Source: Setoptus koraiensis | Lineage: Eukaryota > Animalia > Arthropoda | Direction: 5' to 3' | Length of the DNA: 64,000 bases | Assembly (NCBI GenBank): GCA_048013815.1 | Contig: CM106586.1 | Location: 3,720,001-3,784,000 of the forward strand | Shown here: positions 9,281-20,613 of the stretch, piece by piece | How the letters are laid out: each line of letters begins with the position of its first letter | Numbering within the stretch: position 1 is the stretch's first letter | Made by a program: the position numbers and the translations under genes | The notes under the pieces: model-generated | What the model was told of the DNA's origin: nothing | The model's input: the letters and a program-made list of their open reading frames with translations, nothing else | The model's database searches: none

Positions 9281-11677
9281 ATGCCTCTCAGTTCGTTGCC
9301 AACTATGTTACTACCAAAAACAGCTCATTTTAGAGAGTTACCTAAAATTCTCAAGCGGATCGAGAGTAAATGGGGCCCCATCCTCGATAGTCACCACAAA
9401 GCTCTCAAGGATAGATATAAAGAAAACGAAAAAAAACATGGCTTGAAACCCCGCTATGTTCTCTCAATGTTCCCATATCCCAGTGGCAATCTTCACCTAG
9501 GACATGTACGCATTTACACCAGTAGTGATCTGATAGCTAGGTTCAGTCGGCTACAATGCAACGGCGCATCGCCTTCTGGATCTGTTATCAATCCGATGGG
9601 ATTCGATTCGCACGGTCTTCCAGCAGAAAATGCTGCAAGAGAAAGAGGTATTGATCCTAGTTTATGGATAAATGGTAACATAGAAACAATGAAGAGGCAA
9701 ATGAATGATCTGGCCTTCCAATTTGATTGGCGAGAATCCACTTCAGATATTTACTTCTATAAATGGACCCAGCAACTGTTCATTAGGATGATGAGATCAC
9801 ATCTCGTTTACAAAACATATGCCCAAGTCAACTGGGATCCAGTAGACCAGACCGTCTTAGCTGATGAGCAAGTAGATGAAGAAGGAAAGAGTTGGCGCTC
9901 TGGAGCAAAAGTGGAAAGGCGAAATCACCATCAATGGTTTGTTAAAACCAACGCATTCTGTAATGACATTTTCAAGGCAGACGATGTCAATAAAGACTAT
10001 TGGCGAGAAATTATCGAGATACAACGCAACTGGATAGGAAAACCCAGTGGGTGGCTATTCTATCTACCAATTGAATGTGATCGCCGCATAAGTGAATCTA
10101 TCTCAACTTCTGTGAATAATGTTTTACTAATCTTCACAGATAGACCAGAGTTGTTGTTGGAAAATGACACTTCCCTAGCCATAAGCGATGATCACTGGTT
10201 AGCAAGCTTCGATAACATAAATTCTGGTATCGCTAATCCGTTCACGGGGAACAGAATGAATATTAAAGTGCTCAAAAGTGACGAAGAAAAATCTATGCTC
10301 CCTTCGAACACTAAAGCAACAGTTATCAAAAGAGATTCAGACTTGATCAGAGATTTATCAAATGTGGAATTGAGGTCTGAAAATCGTGAAAAGATTCTAA
10401 GATTAGCAAGTCTCGGCAAATACGGTGGATATTTTACCAGTGATAAGTATAGAGACTGGCTCATATCAAGGCAACGATATTGGGGTACACCTATTCCTGT
10501 CACTCACTGCCCTAGCTGTCATCATCAGCCTGTACATGAGAAGGATCTACCCGTTGAGTTACCTTCGATAGGTAACATGAAGGAACTTCAGGAGAAAAGG
10601 ATGAAAAAAGCCAATCTCGACTCGTCTATCCGATCCCCTTTGAGAGAATTCGCACCAAAAGATTGGTTAGAAACGACTTGTTCAAACTGTGGAGCAAAAG
10701 CTACACGAGAAACTGACACATGTGATACGCTATTTGATTCATCCTGGTACTTCTTAAGATATGCTACGGAACCCCCACAAGCCGATCCTTTCGATAAAGA
10801 TCAGGTTCAACCTGTTTGGTGTTATATAGGAGGTAAAGAGCATGCCGCTATGCACCTTTTTTATGCCAGATTTGTTACACACTTCCTACACTCACAGAAG
10901 TTACTGCAATTCCGTGAACCATTCGAACGATTACTGGTTCAAGGTGTAGTCAAGAGTAGGACTTATAAATTGAAAGGTAGATACTTATCCTCAGCAGAGG
11001 CGGACGAGATGAAAAGATCTAATCACCCAGAGAAAAATGAAATTACAGAGGACTATGAGAAAATGTCAAAATCGAAAGGTAATGGTATAGATCCGAAAGA
11101 TCTCTTAAACGACTACGGCATAGACGCTACCAGGTTTTGTCTGATGAGTTATGTTAACCCCGATACTGAGAGACTTTGGAGATCAAACGAAGAGGAGTTC
11201 TACGATGTTTTGAAGTTCTTGCGAAGAGTGTCATTAGTCTTTCAGGACTTGCCGATCTGTGACAAACAAGACAAAAAAGCCAAGATATCCGACCATGAAG
11301 CCAAACGCTCCCTCAAAAATGATAGAAATAGATACGTGCATATTGCCACGTACCATCTACAAGATAGTCATCAGTTTAGACAGTACATATCATGCCTCCA
11401 CTCACTATTCAAAACTATAAGTAAATACGCCCCAACGCCGGCAGCTAGATCAGAGGAATTCAGCAAGGCCTTAGAGAGTTTTATAATCATGCTTAACCCG
11501 ATGATACCGCATTTTTCTGAGGAACTCTGGGTCATATTCAAAGAGTATCGGAGAGAGAATTTCCAGTATACGGATGAAAATTTGTCTGGAACGTTGGCTT
11601 GTGAGCAATCATGGCCGACTCCCGATATTGGCTATGAATTTCCAATACAAACTAAATTTGGAACATCTAAGACTTAG
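9281..11677 (+). CDS. LARS2: Mitochondrial leucyl-tRNA synthetase (intronless; ORF open from a TTG at 9164, first in-frame ATG at 9281)
   Basis: YVLSMFPYPSGNLHLGH (HIGH motif), PMGFDSHGLPAENAA, DWLISRQRYWGTPIP, DTCDTLFDSSWY, KMSKSKGN. Confidence 0.95.
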   Translation: MPLSSLPTMLLPKTAHFRELPKILKRIESKWGPILDSHHKALKDRYKENEKKHGLKPRYVLSMFPYPSGNLHLGHVRIYTSSDLIARFSRLQCNGASPSGSVINPMGFDSHGLPAENAARERGIDPSLWINGNIETMKRQMNDLAFQFDWRESTSDIYFYKWTQQLFIRMMRSHLVYKTYAQVNWDPVDQTVLADEQVDEEGKSWRSGAKVERRNHHQWFVKTNAFCNDIFKADDVNKDYWREIIEIQRNWIGKPSGWLFYLPIECDRRISESISTSVNNVLLIFTDRPELLLENDTSLAISDDHWLASFDNINSGIANPFTGNRMNIKVLKSDEEKSMLPSNTKATVIKRDSDLIRDLSNVELRSENREKILRLASLGKYGGYFTSDKYRDWLISRQRYWGTPIPVTHCPSCHHQPVHEKDLPVELPSIGNMKELQEKRMKKANLDSSIRSPLREFAPKDWLETTCSNCGAKATRETDTCDTLFDSSWYFLRYATEPPQADPFDKDQVQPVWCYIGGKEHAAMHLFYARFVTHFLHSQKLLQFREPFERLLVQGVVKSRTYKLKGRYLSSAEADEMKRSNHPEKNEITEDYEKMSKSKGNGIDPKDLLNDYGIDATRFCLMSYVNPDTERLWRSNEEEFYDVLKFLRRVSLVFQDLPICDKQDKKAKISDHEAKRSLKNDRNRYVHIATYHLQDSHQFRQYISCLHSLFKTISKYAPTPAARSEEFSKALESFIIMLNPMIPHFSEELWVIFKEYRRENFQYTDENLSGTLACEQSWPTPDIGYEFPIQTKFGTSKT

Positions 11678-11699
11678 CTATAAGTTTTGTTTATTTTAT

Positions 11700-11850
11700 T
11701 AACTATCAAGGATCGAACTCAATAAATGGTCCTTTAGTCATCACTGCACTATAAGCCAATTTGCTATTCTGTATTTGATTAATATAAAGGGTAAGCTTGT
11801 TCACCTCTGTATATGATGTACTCTTGGTAATTAAGAAGTTTTCTGCCCTC
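11700..11850 (-). pseudogene. Relic B: 3'-terminal fragment of tankyrase, frameshifted
   Basis: Closely matches ~17670-17820. A 1-nt deletion (gattaatata versus gattaaatata) turns QAYPLYLIKY into QAYPLY-stop. Homology ends near 11850. Confidence 0.88.
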
Positions 11851-14641
11851 CAAAATATTATAAAGTTATTGTTGGAAATATATTGCTGAAAGGGCTGCTC
11901 AGCGTTCATGGGAGCGTGTCAACAAAAAGACGACAACAATTGAACTACAACAGTTTATAATTTCTTCAATCTAGAGTCAATTCAAGTTATTGTTACAAAT
12001 GGTAATACTTATGATACCTATTCTTTCCGTTCGGTTCTATCTATCCATTTATTGCATCCAGTGGTAATTCTTTGTGTGACCGCTAGAGTCGCTTCTCGAT
12101 AGTGATTTTGGTCTTTTCGTGGCCGGTGTTTCCACGATCTGCTGCTGCTGCCATTATATTCACCAATTAGATGATGAGAAGAAGGCGATACGCCTAGCCG
12201 ATTGTGTCGCCATGAAAACAGACACTGTTTCCATACAACAGACAGTCATAATAAATACAGCATGATGAGGAGATCACAACTCGCTACAACGAGATGGGAG
12301 CGACACTTTCTTTTACATCTACTGTCTCGTTGTCAGGTGAAAGTCACTCTCATCATGATTTGTCCAGAGAAACATAGCACATATGACAGGTCAGCTGACA
12401 AGCTTGTGAGTGAGTTGTTTCGAGGCTTAGAGTGGGTTCCGTTGAACTTGGTGTGAGCTTGTTGCTCACTCTCGCTTGACGTTTGTCAGGACAGAGTGAC
12501 TCAAACAAGATGGCTTGCAAGAGTCGTGGATAACGGACCTCAGTACATTAAATGAGGGAGCCAACCTGGTCGCTGCCTCATTTATCTGGCAGCAAGCATA
12601 ATTTATATTATCCATAATTTATAGTATTTATTTGGTGTCACGGGCGTAAACAAGCCAAGTCTGCAACAGCAGTTCACCTGTTAACGGTGAGCCGTTAATC
12701 ACAGGCGAATGTCTGTGTGTCGCTTCGATCTAACTGGTCGTTGGAAATGACAAGTCGCCTTCAGAAAGTAAATCTAACAAGTATCTTGTAGGGCAAGATT
12801 TGAGCGAATGAGCCCGTCAGCCTGCCAACCACCCAGTCTAGACTAAAGTCGCCAGGGCCCGAGCAGAAAACAGCGCCCAGAATCATAATAATCTCGAGAT
12901 AATCTCCATGTCTCTGCGCACTATCTCTATTCACCAACAGCCAGTGGTCACTGTGAGCCAGCTGAGCTATTCGTGATCAAATTAAAGGAGTGCATCATTA
13001 GCTAAAATAGCTAATGATCAAGTTTTAGCCAAGACACAGACAACAACAACGCAGTGTTTGTGTGTCACTGTGTTGTTATCACTTGAATCGATTGGACGAC
13101 GCCAATCTCATTGGCTTATCTTGACCAGTCATCAAAAGCAGTCGCCACATCATGCAAATTAGACAGGCGCACTTGTTTGCCCACTCCAGCTCACTAACAG
13201 TGCGCGGCTCACCTGCCCAGGTGAGTCGGTCCACTTGATGGTCAGTATTTGATTTACAATTTCAACGATGGCTCCAAATGTTACTATTATTACCTTGTTT
13301 GGCGTTTGGTAGCGCATCGCATGCATCTTGGGTTGCGCCACATCACCTGCACCATGGGCAACTATCGATGCAGTCAGATTCACCCATCAAAATACGAAGT
13401 ATTGCCCATGAAAGGCCCGGGCGGCCCGGGTCACTCGGTTGGTCGAAAACGGGTAAAAGTTGGCCGATCCAGTGTGCCTATATGGGCTCGAATCGGCCAA
13501 CAAACACTGACAGTCATTTGCGAGTCGTCATCGGGTTCGGATGTTTTCAGGTTTGGCGATCAGGGACAGACGCCAGCGAGTTAGCAAATGGACAAATAAA
13601 TAAATAAATAAACTTGTTGGTACCCCTTAATTGCTTGAACACAAACAAGTGAAAGCAACGGCTTAGTAAAGGGTGCACAAAGATGATGCAGGCAAACAAT
13701 AACCAATGTATATTAGCAATTGTGTGTTGACCATTAATTTTCAGTTCTAACCACCACCACGTCCAAAGATTGACCAGTAGTTGGTTTGTGTATTGTGCGC
13801 ATTTGCCTACTGAATTTCAAATTCAAATTGGAACTTGTGTCAAACTCACAACTCGCTCATTTGGCTTGTTTGGTTTGATTTACTTTGTAGGGTTGACTTG
13901 CAAGCGTTCGGTCGGCCAAGCAGGTGAGTAAGTAAGTCAAACAGAGTTGTTTACAATTTGGGCCGTCACTTATTTGTTGTTTTGGGCCTTACACAAATAA
14001 ATTTATAACAATAATTTAGTTTGTCTTTGGAGCTCTGTCGGCGATCACGAGAGACGCATCACAACTATTCTTGTCACAATTCTGTCTGATGGGCATTGTC
14101 GGGTCGGCTATTATGGCCACACCGAGCAGCCAATTTTATATATTTTATACTCATACATACTGACACACGGACTGACCGAGCATATTGTAGCGACCGAAGC
14201 GCCGCTACACGATTGACAGTGGTCGTCATCATGGTCATCATCATCATGTCATCATTGATGCCACCAACGAGATAATGAGCGGCGGTTTTGGTCGGACAGG
14301 CGGCGACACCATGTTTATGACGATGATACTCTATGATTATTGAGCGCGATAGTTGGTTTGTGAGGCGCGGCGACTGAGCAAGTGGCAGCGAGCGTGACAG
14401 TTGTGGGCAGTATGAGCCGAGTGTCGAGTGTCGCCGAGTGGCTATTGGCTGAAACGACGGACGAAATTTAGAAAAGAAGCAACAGAAGGCCGAGCGAACA
14501 AGTGGCCGTTAACGTTGAGCGGCGAACGCACAACAACTTACAATACTTGCAAGATTTGAAGATTTTTGCATTCGACCAGGTGAATCGTCAGGTGAGTGTC
14601 GCACAAACGAATAACAGTTAGCTCACAGCAAGCAGCACGAA

Positions 14642-14794
14642 ATGACAAGCGTAAACATGGCATCAAACAAGAGCAGCCTCATGTTCTCTGTCCTGCTGGC
14701 GCTAGCCTACGTATCGCTGGACAGCAACAGTTATTTGTTGCGTCAGAAGATCGGTAGAGCACCGCTGGCGTTTCGCGCAATGGTGCACCAGCAG

Positions 14795-14847
<53 letters not shown>

Positions 14848-16702
14848 ACAGCAACAACAGCAACAACAGCAAGAATACTCTGGCACGGAAACAACAACAA
14901 CGACGCCAGTGCCAGTGATATATGGCTCGCCAGCGCCGCCACAAACAATGGTGAGTCAGCCCACATTTATGAGAGCGAGCCAGAACAAATTTGCCAATTG
15001 TTCCGCCAAACGACAACATTTGTTGAGCTCGCGGGATGTGTCCAGCGAACATGTGCCCGATTGCGCGCCGGACGGATCCTACGAAGCCATGCAATGTATG
15101 CCTAAAATGGGCATGTGCTGGTGCGTCGACTACAATGGAAAATTCATTCAGAACACCCAGTCGGAAAGGCCCGATTGTCGCGGCGTGGCGCGTAAGTTTT
15201 CAATCAGCTACAATCACGCTTCCGGTCATTCGGGTTGCTGGTTCGTGAAGCAGTCGCTGATCTACTGATTCACGAACCAGCAAACCGCAATGCACCGAAA
15301 GTCAAATGAAACGAATCTCCAAACTAATTACATTTGACTGTTCACTAACCGTTACTCATCGTCCTCAAATACTCCTCTCAATGCAGGTCAGCCAGTGGTG
15401 CAGAGCGCCGACCAGGTGATTGCGTCCAAGCAGCGATTATACAATTCGAGGAACAACAAAAAGGAAAATAATCAAAATTTCATAGTGGCGGAAACGCAGC
15501 CACAGACACAACAATCGGATAAATCCGACAAAACCGGTACTGAAATCGAATTCGGACTCTTTCAATTTGGGTCGCATTTGCGCGAATCAGCGACACCCAT
15601 AACAATAGAGTCTTCGTCAACGGATCTAATTGGTGCCGGCGGCTCGGATCAATCAGACCAAACGCTGGTGCTCATCCCTGGCGATTGTGCAACCTCTCGA
15701 GCTCGCCAATTGGCAAAGTCAAAAGAGTTTCCAGAGAGTCGGCCTTGGGTGCCCGATTGTGATGTATCGTCTCATGCAAGCGGAAGTGGCAGCCCAGGCG
15801 TTCAGTACAGTGCTCTACAGTGTCATGTCGCAAACACAAGCATATGCTTTTGTGTGGACTCCTACACAGGACTGCCCCTGAGAGGCATAGCGGGTACCCC
15901 TTATTTGGATTCGTCTTTGGTGGGGTCCGAAATTAATGGTGCCGCGGCGATGATAAAACCCGATTGTGAGGCCGCCAACAAACTGTCTAGAACAAGCCCG
16001 ACAGAATTCGCTGGTGGTGACAATTCACAAGCAACGACACAATCGAATCAGTCACATCACAGAGCCAGCATTTGTGGTGGTGACAAGAATAAGAAAAGTG
16101 TATTTTTAGCGTCATTGGTGAACTCGTTTTATGCAGAATTAAACAATAGGATGGACTTAAATGACAGCCTAAGCAAAGAAATGAAACCACATTCGCGCGG
16201 GCTCCTCAGAGGCCAAATACTAAAATGGAAATTTCAGTCAATGGACAAAAACAACGACAATCAGTTAGATGACAACGAATGGGCTCTGTTTAGAAGCTTG
16301 ATCAAAATGGCCAGAGACCCAGAGCAGCAGCTAGATTACAGGAACAAAATAAAGGAAGAGCAACGACGCGATTACAGAGCTCTGAGACTTTTAGAGGACA
16401 AACAACAAACGCAAATGCAATCGCCGTCATCGGCCTCGCCCTCATCGCCAGCATTGCAGCCGCAAAATCATTTGTATTTAAAACCGGCCCGAGTAGTGCT
16501 ATTATTAAGCCAGCGACAGTGTTGGTCAGAATTTTTGGATTCTTGCGAGAACAAGTCACGAACTAGACAATTGATTACAATGCAAAAGTGGTTCGATTGC
16601 ACCGAGGCAAATCCGGTTCGGCACACTCACGACGAGGCCAGCGCGGCCAATCAGCGCCGTCTCCACAAGAACCCCTTCTTGTCCATACTCAAAACGGATT
16701 GA
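14642..16702 (+). CDS. SMOC: SMOC/Pentagone(magu)-like secreted protein: two thyroglobulin type-1 domains plus SPARC EC domain; exons 14642-15191, 15387-16702
   Basis: Signal-like N-terminus, TY1 (VPDCAPDGSYEAMQC...CWCVDYNG), TY2 (WVPDC...QC...CFCVDSYTG), EF-hand DKNNDNQLDDNEW, C-terminal KNPFLSILK; an in-frame gtaagt...tgcag intron. Confidence 0.88.
14789..14872 (+). repeat. CAG/CAA repeat encoding about 28 Gln
   Basis: Counted directly within SMOC exon 1. Confidence 0.92.
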
Positions 16703-16961
16703 TCACTACTATTACTGCCCAGCCCCCATTTATACATTATTCATACATCATTTACGCCTATTTATACATTACCTGCACCCATTTATGCATACCTTCGCTG
16801 GTCAATCTTTGCCGATTGATCCGCCACAATAACAAACGATTGTTGACTCCTTACTGGAAAAGATTATTTGCACGGTTAGTATTTTATTTGTAAAACTTGT
16901 TCTACAAATGATAAAGATCTGAATTTTTTACTCTGGCTTCATGAAGTATAAAGGAAGATGT

Positions 16962-17660
16962 GAGGACCCATCCTCGATAGTCACCACAAAGCTCTCAAGG
17001 ATAGATATAAAGAAAACGAAAAAAAAACATGGCTTGAAACCCCGCCATGAAGAGGCGAGAATCCACTTCAGATATTTACTTCTATAAATGGACCCAGCAA
17101 CTGTTCATTAGGATGATGAGATCACATCTCGTTTACAAAACATATGCCCAAGTCAACTGGGATCCAGTAGATCAGACCGTCTTAGCTGATGAGCAAGTAG
17201 ATGAAGAAGGAAAGAGTTGGCGCTCTGGAGCAAAAGTGGAAAGGCGAAATCACCATCAATGGTTTGTTAAAACCAACGAATTCGGCAATGACATTTACAA
17301 GGCAAACGATGTCAATCTTACTGATCTTCACAGATAGACCAGAATTGAGGTTCGAAAATCGTGAAAAGATTCTAAGATTAGCAAGTCTCGGCAAATACGG
17401 TGGATATTTTACCAGTGATAAGTATAGAGACCGGCTCATATCGAGGCAACGATTTTGGGAATACTTGTTGAGTTACTTTCGTTCAGTAACATGAACTTCA
17501 GGAGAAAAGGATGAAATTTTGTCCGGAACGGTTGTGAGCAATCATGGCCGACACCCGATATTGGTTATGAATTACCAATACAAACTAAATTTGGAACATC
17601 TAAGAGACTTAGATGTTCCAACAACATCTTCTTCATCTTAGACTTAGATATAAGTTCTAT
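16962..17660 (+). pseudogene. Relic C: LARS2 copy collapsed by multiple internal deletions
   Basis: Ordered patchwork of segments matching ~9375-9460, ~9690, ~9730-9990, ~10125-10150, ~10370-10485, ~10550-10607 and ~11572-11710; contains frameshifts. Confidence 0.92.
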
Positions 17661-17710
17661 TGATTTTATTACCTATCGAGGATCAAACTCAAAAAATGGT
17701 CCTTTGGTCC

Positions 17711-19705
17711 TCACTGCACTATAAGCCAATTTGCTATTCTGTATTTGATTAAATATAAAGGGTAAGCTTGTTCACCTCTGTATATGATGTACTCTGGATA
17801 GTTAAGAAGATTTCTGCCTATGATATCCGGCAATGCGGATACAGAATGATGTCCTATAGGCGCATGATAGTAATCGGTTACTTCTGTTGCTTTCTTGCTG
17901 TTGCCTAAAGCGACTTGACAGTAAAGCAACTCTCTTTCACATATATAACAGTTTTTATCCTTGTGAACCTGGCATGGAGAATTCAAACCAAAAGTATATT
18001 GATTCGATTTTGAAGAGTCTTGAGCGAAATAGAGACCAGCTCCAAACATACCAGTACGAGATGCATAACGTTCGTCAAAGCCATGTTCAACAAGTGGTTT
18101 GACATTAAAACTACCATGAAATAGTAGTCTTTCGTTGGCGTAACCGTTATTTTCAGCCTTGATGTTTTCTCGTTGTTGTTTGTATTTTTGGAATATCTTT
18201 TCATTGAAAATCTCCTTAATACTAATGATATCATAATGAGTAAAAATCGGACCATTTTCATGATCCACTATGGTACTGTGCATTCGTTCTTTGATAATTT
18301 TGTATTTTTCGTCTGTTTCTTTGATGGTTTTTAGTTTAAAATAATCCCTTCTTCTTTCGGGATTCTTGATAAGATTCGTGACTGAGTCGATATCTATCAT
18401 CAAACTATCGTATGTACGATGGTTCGTGTACTCTGTTTGTGGCATAGTGGAACTTGGTACATTGTTGACTGGGAGGTATATTTCGCTAACATTATCATCG
18501 TCCAATATTGGCAAATTTATTTGACTTGTTTCCAGCAATTCCCTAATCTCTAACTCTGTGGCAAGTTGATATGGAGTGTTACCGAATTTATCTTTGGAAG
18601 TTAAACAAGCTCCAGAACTCACTAGTAGGTTACAAATATGTATCTTGGACTGCTTGCAAGATTCATGTAATGGTGTCAAGCCGTTTTTATCGGCTTTATT
18701 GACATCGGATCCTTTATCAATCAGCAATTTCACTATATCATGGTGACCCCAATGGGCGGCGTAATGAAGAGGAATACTTCCGTTTGCATCGGCGGCATTG
18801 GGATCAGCTGTCATGTCGAAAAGGAGAAAAGATGTAAGATCTTTATAGCCAAAGCCGGCTGCTCTATGTAAGGCAGTTATAGAGGGTATATCAGGCGCAA
18901 TCAATCTGGCGTTTAACAAAGTTGGTTCGAGTTTTAATAATAGTTTGACTGTTTCTAGTTGTTCTTGGGAGTCACAATGAAGGATTATCTCAAAATAGGC
19001 AGCAACAAAAGCTTCTCTTGGTAGGCGTAGGCCTTGTATGAGCTTGACTAACTGATTGGGTGGTAGACATCTGATGGCCGTTTCTAATAGTGAAGAATTG
19101 TCCAGGTCATCTTTAGTAAAACATATTTTGACTCGGTCAACTAATTCTCGACTTTTGTCAATCTCATTCAAATCTCTTTCAATATCACCGAAAGTACCGA
19201 ACTCGACGTGGCGTCGCGTTTTGTAGGCCATGTGATGATTCCAAATGAAAGCCCTGAGTTCCAGCGTTTTTGCTTTATCGAAACAATTGTTGCCTCTGAT
19301 GGATGCCAAATAAGGATCGGCGCCATTGTGCAACAGAAGTTTTATCGTCCTTCTATGCTCATTCTTAAGAGCACAATGCAGTGGAGTATATTTTCTGGAA
19401 TCAGCCATGTTGACATCTGCTCCAGCCCTAATAAGTTTTTTTACTGTTTCCAGTCGACCATATGAACAGCCATTAGAAAGGGCTCCAGCTCCATGTTTGT
19501 CTTGGGCGTTTACATTGATATTTCGTTTGATTAAATAATCTAGAACCTTGTGGCTACCATATCCGGCAGCTATGTGTAATAGAGTGCTTCCGTCGGAATC
19601 GCAAACAAAATTGATATCCTTTAGATCCCTCAAAAGCTCTAAATTATCAGTTTGTGCTGCCTCTTTAAAGCATGCCAGGAACTGCTGTGATCTACTAGCG
19701 TCCAT
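17711..19705 (-). CDS. TNKS: Miniature tankyrase-like PARP (two ankyrin-repeat clusters, vestigial SAM, intact PARP catalytic domain); intronless, probable ATG at 19705
   Basis: Ankyrin repeats (TLLHIAAGY, IPLHYAAHWGH, TPLHES). PARP motifs ERLLFHGS, GMFGAGLYFAQDSSKSNQY, Zn site CQVHKDKNCYIC and YPEYIIYRGEQAYP give the H-Y-E triad. Confidence 0.9.
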   Translation of the reverse strand: MDASRSQQFLACFKEAAQTDNLELLRDLKDINFVCDSDGSTLLHIAAGYGSHKVLDYLIKRNINVNAQDKHGAGALSNGCSYGRLETVKKLIRAGADVNMADSRKYTPLHCALKNEHRRTIKLLLHNGADPYLASIRGNNCFDKAKTLELRAFIWNHHMAYKTRRHVEFGTFGDIERDLNEIDKSRELVDRVKICFTKDDLDNSSLLETAIRCLPPNQLVKLIQGLRLPREAFVAAYFEIILHCDSQEQLETVKLLLKLEPTLLNARLIAPDIPSITALHRAAGFGYKDLTSFLLFDMTADPNAADANGSIPLHYAAHWGHHDIVKLLIDKGSDVNKADKNGLTPLHESCKQSKIHICNLLVSSGACLTSKDKFGNTPYQLATELEIRELLETSQINLPILDDDNVSEIYLPVNNVPSSTMPQTEYTNHRTYDSLMIDIDSVTNLIKNPERRRDYFKLKTIKETDEKYKIIKERMHSTIVDHENGPIFTHYDIISIKEIFNEKIFQKYKQQRENIKAENNGYANERLLFHGSFNVKPLVEHGFDERYASRTGMFGAGLYFAQDSSKSNQYTFGLNSPCQVHKDKNCYICERELLYCQVALGNSKKATEVTDYYHAPIGHHSVSALPDIIGRNLLNYPEYIIYRGEQAYPLYLIKYRIANWLIVQ

Positions 19706-20094
19706 GCCAGATACTAACGGGAAAACTTCCTTCAAGCAATCATTTTGTTGATAAATAAATAAAATGTAAAAAAAAAATGAATCACATGTTACCAATTTAG
19801 CTTGGGAATAAATCAATAGCGTAGGCCCTATGCGTCAGTAAAAATGTTAATGATAAAACCCAATTGACGCGTGACTGTGCCGTTCGCAACAGAGAGACGT
19901 GCATCTTCGAATGAAGAATGCCCCTGGTGGGCTACGCCTACACTGCCTCTCAGTTCTCTCCATGCATCGCTGTGTAAGTGCATTAGAACGTGAGCCATTA
20001 TTGAGTTGGATGTACACCATTTACTTTTATTCTTTCAAGATAATCAACACTGGTTCGCCCTCTCTACAGATATGAATAACTAACCAATTATTGC

Positions 20095-20613
20095 TCATTT
20101 TCGTCGTTTTGCTGATGATTTGGACGACTTATCTGTGGCACGAACTTCCTCAATTTGTTGCTCTCGTTTCTCCAGCCATGCCTTATGATCCAGTTTCTTT
20201 TGGTTTAATTTGTCGAAAAATTCCTTCTTGGCTGTGTCCAATTTAGAGAGATTTTCCAGTACTGTATTTTCCCAATCCACCCTCTTCTGGTGCTCTGCTT
20301 TTTTCTTCGCAACATTTTCGTCTATAAGTTGCTGCAGCGGTGGATAGAAAGCCTCTTCGAATTGCTTTAGGTGCCTAAGTTCCTCTTTCCTCGGATAAAC
20401 AACACCGGGGTTAAGTCCCGAGTTTCTACCCCTAGAACCAAACTGAGCTCTGACATATTCCGTCTTGTAATGAGATAATCTATTGAGAGGTTCCATTTTT
20501 TCATTCCTAATGAGTACCTTGTAATATTCGGGCAGGCGAGATTTGTCACAAATTTTTTTTAACTTGGTGGACGAGACCTCACCCAAGGCTGTCTGGATTA
20601 ATTTGGAGGTCAT
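20095..20613 (-). CDS. GADD45GIP1: GADD45GIP1/CRIF1 (mitoribosomal mL64)-like; a small upstream coding exon is possible
   Basis: QFGSRGRNSGLNPGVVYPRKEEL...EEAFYPPLQQLI followed by a long charged helix, as in the CRIF1 family. Confidence 0.75.
   Translation of the reverse strand: MTSKLIQTALGEVSSTKLKKICDKSRLPEYYKVLIRNEKMEPLNRLSHYKTEYVRAQFGSRGRNSGLNPGVVYPRKEELRHLKQFEEAFYPPLQQLIDENVAKKKAEHQKRVDWENTVLENLSKLDTAKKEFFDKLNQKKLDHKAWLEKREQQIEEVRATDKSSKSSAKRRK

Noticed and set aside
11700-11760. tRNA-like A-box (TAGTGCAGTG) and B-box (GTTCGATCC) on the minus strand, also in relics A and C
   Set aside because: The boxes are only ~25 nt apart, no cloverleaf forms, and the sequence is the tankyrase stop and 3'UTR.
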